In this document: positions 38,561 to 50,910 of the stretch, in pieces | Position numbering within the stretch: the first letter of the stretch is position 1 | Layout of the letters: each line of letters opens with the position of its first letter | NCBI GenBank assembly: GCA_013265495.1 | Contig: MU058423.1 | Location: forward strand, 8,045,627-8,109,626 | Origin: Vicugna vicugna | Lineage: Eukaryota | Length of the DNA: 64,000 nt | Direction of reading: 5' to 3' | Notes under the pieces: model-generated | Seen by the model: the letters and a program-made list of their open reading frames with translations, nothing else | Told to the model about the DNA's origin: nothing | Databases searched by the model: none | Program-made: the position numbers and the translations under genes

Positions 38561-39558
38561 ATATTCACTCTAGTCTCTGCCCAGCATCAATATATTCCAT
38601 TTTCCATGTCTAAACTTCCAAGCATTTATACCACAACGATGAATGTTTATACCTAACAGAATGAAACTCTTATTTTTAGAAATGGAAATGCACTCACTCT
38701 CCGTGAAAGGGGGACTACCCAACAAATCATTGGTTACTTCACTGGCTCCTAGGGCAGAACCAGCTGACCTCATCCTAACAGTCTGCAATAAATGGGTGAA
38801 ATTGAGAAGTCAACTGTCATCATTAAGTACAGTAAAATTAAATCATTAAAATAGAGAACCAAGGGAACCGTAGGGAGAAATAGAAGTAAATTAACATAAA
38901 ATGTATGAATACTTAACAATTGGTTCCTATAAGCAAAGATTTTTCTCTCCTGCAAGAAAATTGAGCATTCAACAGTGATGCTGGACAAATAGGCCGTAGA
39001 GGATGCCACCATGGTCGGCCACCATGACCGCTTTATTTAAGACCTCATTGAGTAAGCACTGGTTTAGTTGGGAAAAGGCTACAAACAAATGATCATCATG
39101 TATACCTAATCAGCAAGAGCCTCTTCTGTAATGGAGGGTGTTTGCTGGATATTCGGATACTCTCACACTACCTAATCTGAAAAAATGATCCACATATTTC
39201 TCTCCCAGACCTTCTTTTCATGAACCTTCCTTCTGTTGACTCAAAGCTTCTGGTTTATCGAGCATTAGCATCTTCCCATGAATCACTGTAAATGCATACC
39301 TCAAGCGTCTGTCCTTCTAGACCAAATGAATGTGAGGCATACTATTCAACCAGCTGTGCATTGGGAAGGTTTCCCTTCCTCCAAGTCTCTAGAGCCTCCT
39401 CAGTGTGGGGCTACAATGCTGCAACAGTCCACTTTCACATAGCGCCAGCCTAGTATTAATGAATCTACTTTTAATTTCTTCAGTCAAAGGTCACTGGCAT
39501 AGGATGATGAAGGAGTGCCAAGAATCCTAGCCACCTGCCAATAGAGTTTACTATTTGT

Positions 39559-39688
39559 CATGTTGAAACACATTCCTGGTTTACCAGGCAAAGTACCAGT
39601 TTATTACAGTTGTCCCAATGTAATTATTGGTAGTGCCCCTTCTGCTTTCAAACGTGTCCTGGTGTGAATACATTATATATTCGCCCTG
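39559..39688 (-). mobile_element. MER94-like hAT-Blackjack MITE
   Basis: 'cctggtttaccagg...gttgtcccaatgtaattattggtagtgcccctt...gtgtcctggt...attatatattcgccctg'. Confidence 0.75.
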
Positions 39689-40974
39689 CACATATACTGC
39701 TTTCAGTGGATAATAAAGTGCTGCTGGACATACCTAACTTTTCTTCTTGGAGGACTGGTCCACCAAGCTTTCAAAATTCATGGTGATGCGCAGCTCAAGC
39801 ATGGCCAATGTTCAACTGTTTAAACTCCGCTAGAAACTATTAGCAAGAAGAGAATAGTTACTTGTCAAAGGAAGTATCATTTCATTTCCAAAATCTAGGG
39901 TTCTCTGCTGTGATTCTCCTAACAGTGATTTCCACCAGCACCCCAATAGGCAATACACACTTTGAATATCATTTTTTATCTATTAGGTCATAGGAACCAA
40001 ATAGTAGAATAAACTATGCTATAGCTTGGCTCTGCTGGAGAGGCCTCCCTTGATGTAGGCCCTCTCAAATCTGGCATTTTGGGTAACAGGGTTAATTATT
40101 CGGAGGCTCACTCCCATATATGATACGTATTTCTCCAATATCCAAGAGGGCCCACCAACTTATGCCTTTTTACTAGTAGTCTGGTGCATAAAGGATGCAA
40201 CTTCTTTTACTCTGAAGGGAAATCTTAGCAGATCCCTTACTAGTAGAGCCATTAGAAGGTAAATGGAGCTGGAGGCCCCCATATCTTCTTGCATTTCACC
40301 TGCCTGTCTCTGGCACTGCACACCAATGCACTAGAATGCCTGCTACTCCCTGATCTCCCAGTTCTTTCAGCTTGATGGCATCAAGGTCGTGGAATACATG
40401 ATGTCCTGTGAAACAGAGAGAAAATCAGGGTGCCTGAGACTATGTTTTATTTCTTGAATCTGAAGAATTAACACGTCCCTGAGACAAGATGAGAAAAATG
40501 AACGTCTCTCACTGTGAAAGGTCAAAGAAAACTGCTTCTGTTGTTCTCTGATTATTAAAGTAGATCAAAATCAAGAGCTATAGAGTAGATGCCATGAACT
40601 GCATTTAATTTGTTCCAATAAAGAGATATCATCCAGAACAGCCACTAAAAATTAGTCACTTTCTGAATAAGTTGATGGAATCATGTCAAGTTTTTCAGAC
40701 CAATATGTCTTCTGAATGGCCAAGCGGGTAACTTAAATGAGGTTTCCATTAATTTGTGTTGGATTTAAGTCAGTGTCCAAGGCACTGGACACAGTTACCC
40801 TATAAACGAATGAAGGGCCCTGGAGCACCTGGAAGCCCCTGTGTTTCCAATTTACTGATGTTTACATGTAGGGTTAGAGTAAACAACACAATTCTTCGAG
40901 AATTCATTGGTAATTATCTTTGTTTTTCACCAAAATAGATAGTTCTAAGAGATTCACTACAGATGTCATAAAGC

Positions 40975-41130
40975 ATAGAATAGACCAAGTTCAGGTCCTG
41001 GTTCTGCCACTTGCTGGCTGTTGTTCACTTAGCAAGCTTCTCAAACTCTTTCAGCTTTAACATGTGCCCTTTATTATATGTAAAATGCCTAGCAAATAAC
41101 TTCTCAGTAAATGATAACGCTTAACATTAT
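40975..41130 (+). mobile_element. MIR fragment
   Basis: 'agaccaagttcaggtcctggttctgccacttgctggctgt...agcaagcttctcaaactct'. Confidence 0.65.
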
Positions 41131-43360
41131 TAGTAATAGCATCAATACAAAATAGTTTTTGTTATTTATTAAACACACAGTTATAGTGAATGTCCTTTAA
41201 AACAAATTACAAGTAACCCAGTAAATAGAAGGTGAAGCTAACTGTTTTAGTGCATTTTACTGGATGGCTTTAGATCACAAATAAAGGTGTCCTAGTCCAT
41301 AGCAGTAACTGATGATCTTTATTCACAAAGGGAGAAAACAACATATTTTACTCACACCTCACTAGGTCCGAGTTATGGAGGCATTCATTATTTTAAGAGT
41401 ACCTCCCACTCCTCACCACCATCCAAACAGTGTTTTCTCACCTTGCGCCCTTGACAATGTGAAAAGTGCAAATACAGCTTCGAAATACCACGTAGCAATT
41501 AGAGTAATCATCTTTCCATGCACAGGGCATGGGACTGCTCTCCATGCCACCTCATTACAGCTGACTAGGAAGGCTGCCATAGGTTGCTACTTAAAAAGGC
41601 ACTTTCCTATAAAAGCAACGGAAAGAAATTGTTGAAAAATACCACCAGAGATTTAGCTTGCATCTGTTTTACCGAAAACGTTAAATCCTTTCAGCAGTTT
41701 TTTGAATTCTATTCCAAAGTAATATTAAACCACTTAAGACAACACTGCATAATTCAAAAGGAAAGAATGGATGTACTGCAGAAAGGAAAATTGTATAATT
41801 CTATGGATAATGTAATAGAAGTCAGCATTATCTGGGATCTTTCTAATCATAATTTCAACTGTGAAAGCACCAGGGACTCCATCAGAATAGATACTATATT
41901 CTGACTCAGTTACATCGTGCATTAAAAGTAGTGGTTTACAGCATCTATTAGACTTGTCATCACCCTTGTGCCATACTCGATTGACCAAAGGGGTGGGGGG
42001 ACCCCTCTCTCTTAAAGGAGAAGAGAACGAAAAAGCAAATTCAGTGGAATGCATAATAGGTGCTCCTTGGGAGAAAGCCTTAGGTTTCAGTTCATTTCTT
42101 CATAAGATGAACATTCCCACCAGAAGCATCAGAGTAAACATCATGCCTCATTACTCCTCTCCATTGTTCATACAGCATGCATGTAGGTATAATGCTGATT
42201 AATGGAAACAAATTACAATATTCAATGACTTTGAATAAGCAATGGAGGAAGCCAACATTTACTAGAGTCCATGAATAAAAACCTCTCTAATAAAGTGTAC
42301 GTGGGAGGATAATGGCTCCAGCTATCCTACTGAAGGACACGGAGTCCCCTTTCCCATGAATAGCTGGGCTTCATGTGTGATGGTGGAACAACTCAGCCCC
42401 ATACATCACTCTGAAGTCACAAAGCAAATAAACGGCAATTGAGAAAATAAGCCCTTCAGATACAGATCATTCCGTAGGCATCTGATAACCTCAAAGAACA
42501 TGTATGGGAGTTGTACGTATCAGCTCTCATGCTCTGTAACTAAAGAAGCTTTGATTTTACAAATTATCTTCCTCTAGAGACAAGGCTCACAGTATTTCTG
42601 ACAGAATAATGCCCTAACATAATTAGCCTTGGTCTTCCAGCAAAGCTTTGTCAAAAATAATAATATCTATAGATCAAATAATAATTTATTATTATAGACT
42701 AAATAAACAAAAATTTTTCATGTGGCTATTTTGCCATAACCTGAATCTCAAAAAAAACAAAGAAACAGAACACCAGTGTTGGCTTTCATAGATGCAAGAG
42801 AAGTAAAACATGTTACTTTTTTTTGTTTTGAAAGATAATATCAATTAGTTTATACTGTCACAAAATGAAGGAGTGAAGGAATTAAGATAGTGCAATTTAC
42901 ATGGTACAAAACCAACTAAACACAGAACTGAGGAAATCCCGAAAGACCAAGAGGTACCTAATTCATAAATCCTCTTCCTCACATTCAAGACAAGAAGCCT
43001 GTCCAGCCTGCATTTAGGGGCCTGCATTTAGGTGTGAGGGTCCTAGAGCCAATCTCCAATCTTCTTATCACGGGATTACAATTTATTTTCATTGGATCCT
43101 GGGTCAGTTCCCCTAATTCATGTTCCTCTTTTAGGGTTTTTAAAGTTATTGTATCTCTTCACTTTTTCTGGAGAACTTTCTAGGAGGTAAATTTCCTAAA
43201 TACTTACTTGCATGTTTGTAAAGGACATCTGATTATTTTTTTAAAACATGTTACTTTAATAGAATCAGAAATGTTAAAGGCAATTTAGATTCACAATCTC
43301 CAGACCAGACTAATCTTCAGAATTATTTATGGAGATTCCCAGGCACCACCCCAGACACAT

Positions 43361-43747
43361 TGTTTTGGGCTGAATTATGTCCCCTCAAAATTCACATGTG
43401 GAAGTCCTAACCATCAGGACCTCAAAATGTGACTGTTTTTGGAGATTAGGGCCTTCCAAGAAGTAATAAAGGAGAAGTAAGTTTGCTAAGGTAAACCCCA
43501 AACCAAGAGGACTGGTGTCCTTATAAGAGGAGATTAGGACACAGACCGGCACACAGCAAAGTTCATGTGAAAACAGTGGGAGAAGATGGCCGTCTACATC
43601 CAAGGGGAACAGCCTCAGAAGAAGTCATCCCAGCTGACACCTGGGTCTGAGATTCCTATACTCTAGAATCATAAGAAGGTTAACTTCTGTTGGTTAAGCC
43701 GCTTGTCTAGGGTACTTTTGTTAGTGTAGCTCCAGCAGGCTGATATA
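43361..43747 (+). mobile_element. MaLR solo LTR (MLT1A/B-like), inside a MER5-like element
   Basis: 'tgttttgggctgaattatgtcccctcaaaattcacatgtggaagtcctaacc...gactggtgtccttataagaggag'. Confidence 0.88.
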
Positions 43748-43811
43748 CCCACTAACTCAAAATCTCTAGGTATTGGCCAAATAATTTTTCTCTTTAAAAA
43801 TATCCCCAGGT

Positions 43812-44478
43812 TTGTACATCTAAAGGAAATGAAAACAGGATATCAAAGAAATATTTGCACACCCATGTTTATTGCATTAGTCACAATAGCCAAGATATGG
43901 AAATAACCTAAGACCTAAATGTCTGTCAAAGATGAATGGATAAAGAAGATGCAGTATATTTGTACAATGGAATATTATTCAGCCATGAGAAAGAAGGAAG
44001 CCCTGCCATTTGTGACAACATGGATGGAACTTGAGGGCATTATGCTAAGTGAAAAAAGTCAGACACAGAAATATACTGGATGGTGTGACTTATACACGGA
44101 ATCTGAAAAAGCTGAACTTGTAGAAACAAAGAATAGAATGGTGGCTACCACAGGCTGAGGGAGGCAGTGAGAGAGATGGGGAGATATTAGTCAAAGGGTA
44201 CAAAACTTCCCGTTGGAAGGATGAATCAGTTCTGGGGAATCTAAAGACCATCATTATGATTACATTTAGAAATAATGCATTACATACTTGAAAGTTGTTC
44301 AGACAGTAGGCCTGAAGTGTCCTCACCACAAAAAAGAAATGGTGCTCATGTGACATGATGTATGTGTTAGCTAACCTATGGTGGTAGTTATTTACAGTAA
44401 ATAACTGTATCAAGTTAAAATGTATACTCAAACTTACACAATGTTATATGTCAATCATATCTTAACAAAGCTAGGGGG
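43812..44478 (+). mobile_element. L1 3' end (L1MA-like) with 15-bp TSD
   Basis: Peptide DEWIKKMQYICTMEYYSAMRK; TSD aaaatatccccaggt (43797-43811) / aaaatatcccaaggt (44479-44493). Confidence 0.9.
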
Positions 44479-44549
44479 AAAATATCCCAAGGTGATTTTG
44501 CTGATTGACCAGATTTAGATCAACCCCATCATCCAGAAGTTGAATTCAG

Positions 44550-45030
44550 TTACTTATTCATTCATTTTGCTTTCTTCTGTTTTTTGAGAGCACAGTTACC
44601 AAGCATCTACTGATCTAGGAATAGCTCCAGACACTGAGGATACAGATGAAAAAGACACAGTAACTGAATTCAAAGAGCTCACCATTTAAAGGATATAAAT
44701 ATTAGGTGTAGAATTAACAGAGCAGAGAGTATCAAAGGAGCAAGGAAGAAGGGCACTGAACAAGATCTGCAGAGGTCGGGGAAGGCTTCTTGAAAGAGGC
44801 CATGATGAGACGCACATTAAAATGTAGTTAGTTAGGGGTAAAGCAAGTCAAGGAAACTGCAAAGAAGAGTTAATGTGAATATCAGCGATCCTTGTTCTAC
44901 ATCTGAGTAAACTGAGGCCCAAATGGGCAAGGCATGCTCCCGAGGTCGCAAATGCTACAAGCAGAAGAGCTGAGGTTTGAACCCAAGTGACCTGAGCTCA
45001 GGCCCCAGGCTCTTCCCAGATCATTTTCTC
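44550..45030 (-). mobile_element. L2 fragment followed by MIR fragment
   Basis: L2-like 'ctccagacactgaggatacagatgaaaaagacacag'; MIR-like 'gagtaaactgaggccc...cgaggtcgca...tttgaacccaag'. Confidence 0.7.
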
Positions 45031-45061
45031 TGTGGTTCTCCCAATTTTCTTCCCTCCATCC

Positions 45062-45424
45062 TTGCTTAGTCCGTTTAGGCTGCTGTAACAGAAGACCATA
45101 GATGGGCAGCTTGCAAACAACAGAAAGTTCTTTCTTGTAGTTCTGGAGACTGGGGAGTCCAAGGTCAAGGTACCGACAGACATAGTGTCTGCCGAGGACC
45201 CTCTTCCTAGTATATAACTCGTGACTGTTCCCTGAGTCATCACATGGTAGAAGAAGCAAGGAATCTCTCTGGAACTTCTTTTACAAAGGCACTAATCTCA
45301 TTTATGAGGGCTCCCCACGCATGACCTAATCACTTCCGAAAGGCTCCTATCTCCTAACCCCCACCTGTGTGATTAAGATTTAAACATATCAGTCTTGGGA
45401 GGTACAAACATTCAGACTACAGCT
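45062..45424 (-). mobile_element. MaLR solo LTR (MLT1A0-like)
   Basis: 'cttagtccgtttaggctgctgtaacag...ttctggagactggggagtccaaggtcaagg...catgacctaatcacttcc...acattcagactacagc'. Confidence 0.88.
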
Positions 45425-45531
45425 GTATGAGCATTTCAAATTTTATCACATGATACCCTTTAAATATGTGCATTTTATGGTATTATCATGTATATATCAA
45501 TAGAGCTATTCTTAAAAATCCATCAGTTTGT

Positions 45532-46314
45532 AAATGCTGGAGAGGGTGTGGAGAAAAGGGAACCCTCCTACACTGCTGGTGGGAATGTAGTTTGGTACAG
45601 CCATTATGGAAAACAGTATGGAGAGTCCTCAAAAAACTAAAAATAGACTTACCATATGATCCAGCAATCCCTCTCCTGGGCATATACCCAGAGGGAACTC
45701 TAATTAAAAAAGACACATGCACCCCAATGTTCACAGCATCACTATATACAATAGCCAAGACATGGAAACAGCCTAAATGTCCATCAACAGATGACTGGAT
45801 AAAAAAGTTGTGGTATATTTATACAATAGAATAACAATGGAATACTACTCAGCCATAAAAATGAATAAAATAATGCCTTGCAGCAATATGGATGGACCTA
45901 GAGATCATCATTCTAAGTGAAGTAAGCCAGAAAGAGAAAGAAAAATACCATATGGTATCAGTCCTATGTGGAATCTAAAAAAAAGAAAAAAAGAAGATGC
46001 TAATGAACTCATTTACAAAACAGAAACAGACACACAGACATAGTAAACAATCTTATGGTTGCCAGAGGAAAGGGGGTGGAAAGAGATAAATTCGGGAGTT
46101 TGAGACTTGCAAATGTTAGCCACCATATATACAAATAGATTAAAAAACAAGTTTCTTCTGTACAGCACAGGGAACTATATTCAATATCTTGCAATAACCT
46201 TTAATGAAAAAGAATATGAAAACAAATATAAGTATGTATATACATGACTGGAACATTGTTCTGTACACCAGAAATTGACACATTGTAACTGACTATACTT
46301 CAATAAAAAAAAAA
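45532..46314 (+). mobile_element. 5'-truncated lineage-specific LINE-1
   Basis: ORF2p CCHC motif [19 protein letters not shown]-terminus, 3'UTR and poly-A; 'cagtttg' on both flanks. Confidence 0.95.
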
Positions 46315-47238
46315 CAGTTTGAAAGCTTGAAAGTAAAGATACATGGTTAAAAAGATTATAAAGCTGTAACAATAACTGAAAAAGAAAACTACCAATGACA
46401 TGCAATCTAAGTATGCCACATAATAAATTAAGACATAATATAATATACTACAGTTTAAGGACTGAATACCTAAGTACATTAAGATATGATGTGTCCAATA
46501 TTTTGAGGAGAGGAGAGGCAGCTAAAGATAATTTGAAACTGCCTCAGAGGTCCTGCATCAAAGGAACCTGACTCAGTCTGGAGGCTAGACTCTATATGAA
46601 CATCCTTGATGGCCACTGATGGGAAGCATCCTGAGAACAACCTAAAGTGGTCACTTAGGGCTGACAGCCTTGTAACCAGCCCCCTGTGCCTACAGGAAGG
46701 GCATAAATCATAACCAAACTATCAAATCAGGATAGTGAAGCCTGAGTCCCATAATGAATGCATGGTGGTTCATTCCACTGTTCTCTCTACTTCGAAATTT
46801 TCCATAATAAGAAGTCTTTAAAGGTAAATACATTTTGGTTCAGCCACATAGTAGACTATTGTGTGGCCTCTAAAATTCCTCTTTTCAAAGAGTAGTTAAT
46901 AATCTGAAGAACAGTTGAGAATAAAATGCTAAGGGCAAAATGCAGGGAAAAAATTAAGTATTTACCATGATCCCACTTATTGATATATGTGTTTAGAAGC
47001 AAGGAGGTGAATCAGAATGTCTGCAGCATGACCTCTGTGTGAGGGAATCGTGAGTGATAATTTTAAAAATAGAGATAAAAAGAAGAAAACAGATCTCTCT
47101 AGTAAACAAGGAATATTGAGTACATATAATAGTTAAAGTGTGTATGTGTGCTTGTAAGGTTTAGTACTAATTGACAGCTGTTTTAGGTAAAAGTAGAGTG
47201 AGAAACTTTGGGGTCTCTCTGGGCATGGACGCGTTTTA

Positions 47239-47517
47239 CAGTGTGTCTCAAATATAGCTGCACATTAGAATTATGTTGGTTGTTTTTCTCAAATATAGCT
47301 GCACATTAGAATTATGTTGGTTGTTTTTTAAAAATTCTAATGCCTAAGCCCCATTCAAAGAACTTCTTATGCAATTGGTCTTGAGTAGAATCCAAGTATG
47401 AGTTTTATTTCTCTTTGTTTTGGAGTTTTTGTTTGGGTTTTTTTTGGGGGGGGGTGTTGTTTGTTTTTTACTTCTCTCCAGGTAAATATAATTTGAAGTT
47501 AGGATTAAAAACTAATG
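47239..47517. mobile_element. MER5A-like DNA transposon relic with internal 41-bp tandem duplication
   Basis: 'cagtgtgtctcaaa...gctgcacattagaat...aaaaattctaatgcctaagcccca...ccaggtaaat'. Confidence 0.7.
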
Positions 47518-47859
47518 TTCTATATGTATGCATCAACTGTTATTTACCAAGCACTGTATACACCTTGCTGGAGTGAAATGTACCTGGAGATCCACAAAGT
47601 TGAGGAAAGAAGCATGGAGAACACTTGGAGGTAGAGAGGAAAAACAAAATAACATCATCATAAACTTCCCAGCCAGAAGCAATTGGAACACAATTAGCAG
47701 AGATTTAACACACACACACAGACACACACACACACACAAAGCTTCAAGGAGGTGTTTAGTAATCTGAATTCCTTCTTGGTCATGTAAGACTGCTAGACTT
47801 GTGAGAAATTTATTCAGGTGAGTTCAGAGAATATGACAAATATTTGATTCCATTTGCTG

Positions 47860-48589
47860 AAAATTTCAGCCATTCAGGTACAGGGCGTGTATCGATTCCA
47901 CTGAACTCTGCACTGGGACTGCAATTTGGTCAATCTCTCCTACTGTCCTTAAACCAAGAGGCTGGAAGTTACCATATTAATTAGGAAAACTGATGCAGAT
48001 TATCAAGAGGAAATAGGGTTGCTACTACTGTGTGATGGGGGCAGGAGGAGGTAAGTCTGGAACCAACAGGCTCCTCTAGGTTACCTGCTAGTTCCACCTT
48101 AACCAGTAAAAAGTTTTAGAAAAGCTATAGCAATCCAGTATCGGGAGACCCTTCCAGCCCTAGCAGGACTGACTGAGGGCAAGGAAATTAGATACTGGAC
48201 AAGGGAATGAAGACGTTAAGAATTAGGAATTAAGTTCCCCTTATCCAATGACTAGTTTGTCTCCTTTTCTTTTCCCCTACTATTTTACATAGGATGAGCT
48301 GGTGATGATAAACCTTGTAAATGTGATATATATATATTAAGTATATCAATTCAGAATAGTGACTGAACTACAGGAGTCATGAACATCACCCAGATGGGGT
48401 AGTGATTGATGAGATTTTGAGCCTTCCCTTTTGAGACTCAGAAGGTCAGCCTTTCTTCAATTCCGAAAAGAATAGTTCCTTTATTTTATGTTCGTTTAAA
48501 TATGAACATGCCTGTGGCTCCCATTGTTATGAGAAAGTTTAAACCTGAGAAGAAGAATACATATGCATGTGAGGTTGCCTAAGGGGGAC
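47860..48589 (+). mobile_element. ERVL internal 3' remnant with decayed dUTPase-like coding segment
   Basis: ~47968-48108 translates VTILIRKTDADYQEEIGLLLLCDGGRRR*VWNQQAPLGYLLVPP*PV, like the ERVL dUTPase motif 3 region (IDxDYxGEIGLLL). Confidence 0.75.
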
Positions 48590-49065
48590 CACAGATTGAT
48601 TCCCTCAAGGCCACTCCTGCAGCCTTGCGGTGTATCTCCCTGCTCACCTGCAGTTAGGAAAGTGTCTACATTTCCCGAGTTCCCTGCAGCTGGGTTATAC
48701 ATTCGACTACATTCCCCTAACAGACTCATTGATGAGACGCTGATGTTGGAAACGGGACAAGCAGGGGCCGCACAGATCTAGCATACAGGATCAAGGAGGC
48801 CTGGGGTTTTCAGCAGCAGCCCTTGAGGAGGCTGGGAGAACAGCAAAGAAGAACAGCAGGTGGCAGTACAGCTTCTTGGTTTCTTTCGGAACAGAGCAAC
48901 GAGGGGTCTGGGCATTTCTTCTCCTTGTGTCAGCTGTTCTGTGTCTACAGCCTTTGTCCAGTGCACACTCACAAATCCTCTGAGCCAACTGACACTCTGC
49001 AATAAATTTCCCATTTACACCAACCAGAGTGAATTTGACTATACCTAAAAACACTGACTAATACA
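48590..49065 (+). mobile_element. ERVL LTR (LTR16/33/50-like), probable 3' LTR of the preceding remnant
   Basis: 'ctacatttcccgagttccctgcagctggg', AATAAA at ~49001, ends 'ctgactaataca'. Confidence 0.7.
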
Positions 49066-49353
49066 AGGAGATAGTGAGAGATATATACATATCTTACATA
49101 TATATATATATATATATGTAAGACTCTCAGAGACTAAAACTGTGTTTATATACCATTTACACTAACCTGTTAGAACATGACCAAGTTTATATATTATTTA
49201 TATAATGTATAAGATACAATAATAATAACATATAAATTACATTTATATTAAATTTATATTAAGCAAGCCAGAATGCTCTCCTGGCCTAGAATTGTGGGGG
49301 ATGGGGGAGACTTGAAATTTTTTTTAAAAATTTAAATAAGATTTTGTCATTTT

Positions 49354-49375
49354 CAGATGAAGGAATAAAGAAGAT

Positions 49376-49409
<34 letters not shown>

Positions 49410-49928
49410 TATATATATATATATATATATACACATACACACACACACATATGCACAATAGAATATTATTCAACCATAAAAAAGAATGAAATAATGCCAT
49501 TTGCAGCAACATGGATGAACTTAGTGACATCATATTAAGTGAAGTAAGTCAGACAGAAAAAAGACAAATATCATATATTACTCATATGTGGAACCTAAAA
49601 AAAGATACAGATTTTATTTATAAACTAGAAATAGATTCACAGACATAGAAAGCAAACTACTGTTACCAAAGGGGAGAGAGGGAAGAGGGATAGATTAGGA
49701 GCCTGGGATTAACACTACTTACATGTAAAACAGACAGACTACAGGGACCTCCGGTACAGCGCAGGGAGCTGTGTTCTATTTCTTACAGTAAGCTATAATG
49801 AAAAGGATCTGGAAGTATTTGTGTATATATGTGTATGTGTATGTATAACTGAATCGCTTTTCTTTACACCTGAAACTAATATGGTAAATCAACTACACTT
49901 CAATAAAAAAATAAAATTAAAAAAAAGA
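49354..49928 (+). mobile_element. L1 3' end with expanded (TA)n(CA)n
   Basis: 'gaatattattcaaccataaaaaagaatgaaataatgccatttgcagcaacatggatg', 3'UTR and A-tail; (TA)n at 49379-49431. Confidence 0.9.
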
Positions 49929-50034
49929 ACAGCATCTTTCTCTTTCTCTTTCAGTAAAAGAAGGATATAGGACTATTTGGAAAGTTAGAATCCATGAGAA
50001 TTGATAATTAAACTGACTTTAGAGAATGTCAAAT

Positions 50035-50495
50035 ATATTCTTTCATTCAGCAAACGTTTACTGAGCTTCATTTTGGAACAAAAACTGAGCTAAGTACTAG
50101 GGCTTCAGACTACCTTCAAGATACAATCTTGTAGGAGAGACAAATAAAACACTCAAAGATTATTACGAGGAGGGAGCTAAGAAATTTTCCTGAAGATGAC
50201 CTATGAATTGGGTTTTGACAGAAAGCTGGAGTTAGCCTTTTGTGCCTGAGTATTTTTGCTCTAGGTAGCGATGGATGGGCAGAGGGAAGAGTAAGACAAA
50301 GAAGGACTTTTTCAGTTGGAAATAACATGGACAACAACAATAATCCTAAAAGGTCATGGTCTTTTCGGAGAATTACAAGAAGTGAAGGCAAATGGTTAGA
50401 CTAGAACCATCACCAGGACCTCAGTACAGGGTCACATTAAGAAGGTGGAATTCTATTATGTGGAAGACCACTGAAGGATTTTAAGTAGAGGAAGA
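50035..50495 (-). mobile_element. L2 fragment
   Basis: 'ttcattcagcaaacgtttactgagc...ccactgaaggattttaagtagagg'. Confidence 0.7.
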
Positions 50496-50499
50496 ATAT

Positions 50500-50910
50500 G
50501 GCTTCCCCAGTGCTCTCTCCCTGCCTCCCTCTAGCACAGAAGCCAGGAAGAATGAAAGCTCATGTCCCAAGCTGCCCTTGCAGGGAGACATGGCCTTGGG
50601 ACACAGTTCCAACCAGTGAAGTATAAGAAGTCTAACTGTAAAAACCTCCGCCAAAGAGTTTTGATTTCCTCATGAATATCCCTCCTTGGCTGGCTCTGCC
50701 TTTCCCCCTCCTTCCTTCCTTGAATTTGGGCACGATGTCCAGGAGGGAAAGGCCAGGACTGTCCCAGTTACCCCGGCACTGACACGGGGGGCCGCTGCAG
50801 CTAAGGCTGTGCCATCTCTAGACGTCTTGCCACGAGAGAATATAAATCCCTGGATATTAATAACCATCTTATGTTGGGGTCACTTAAATATGAATGTCTC
50901 CCTGACTAGT
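50500..50910 (+). mobile_element. ERVL LTR (LTR33-like)
   Basis: 'cccaagctgcccttgcagggagacatggccttgggacacagttccaaccagtga'. Confidence 0.55.

Noticed and set aside
41584..42054. 106-aa ORFs on both strands
   Set aside because: No motif, and the + ORF lacks an ATG start; nothing supports coding function.
43006..43032. Short direct repeats (gcctgcatttagg x2; similar ones at 24958-24979 and 25440/25536)
   Set aside because: Ordinary slippage or chance duplications; no repeat-spacer array, so not CRISPR-like.
50103..50115. 'cttcagactacct', partial resemblance to miR-199a-5p
   Set aside because: Only a short match, lacks the seed and hairpin, and lies within an L2 fragment.
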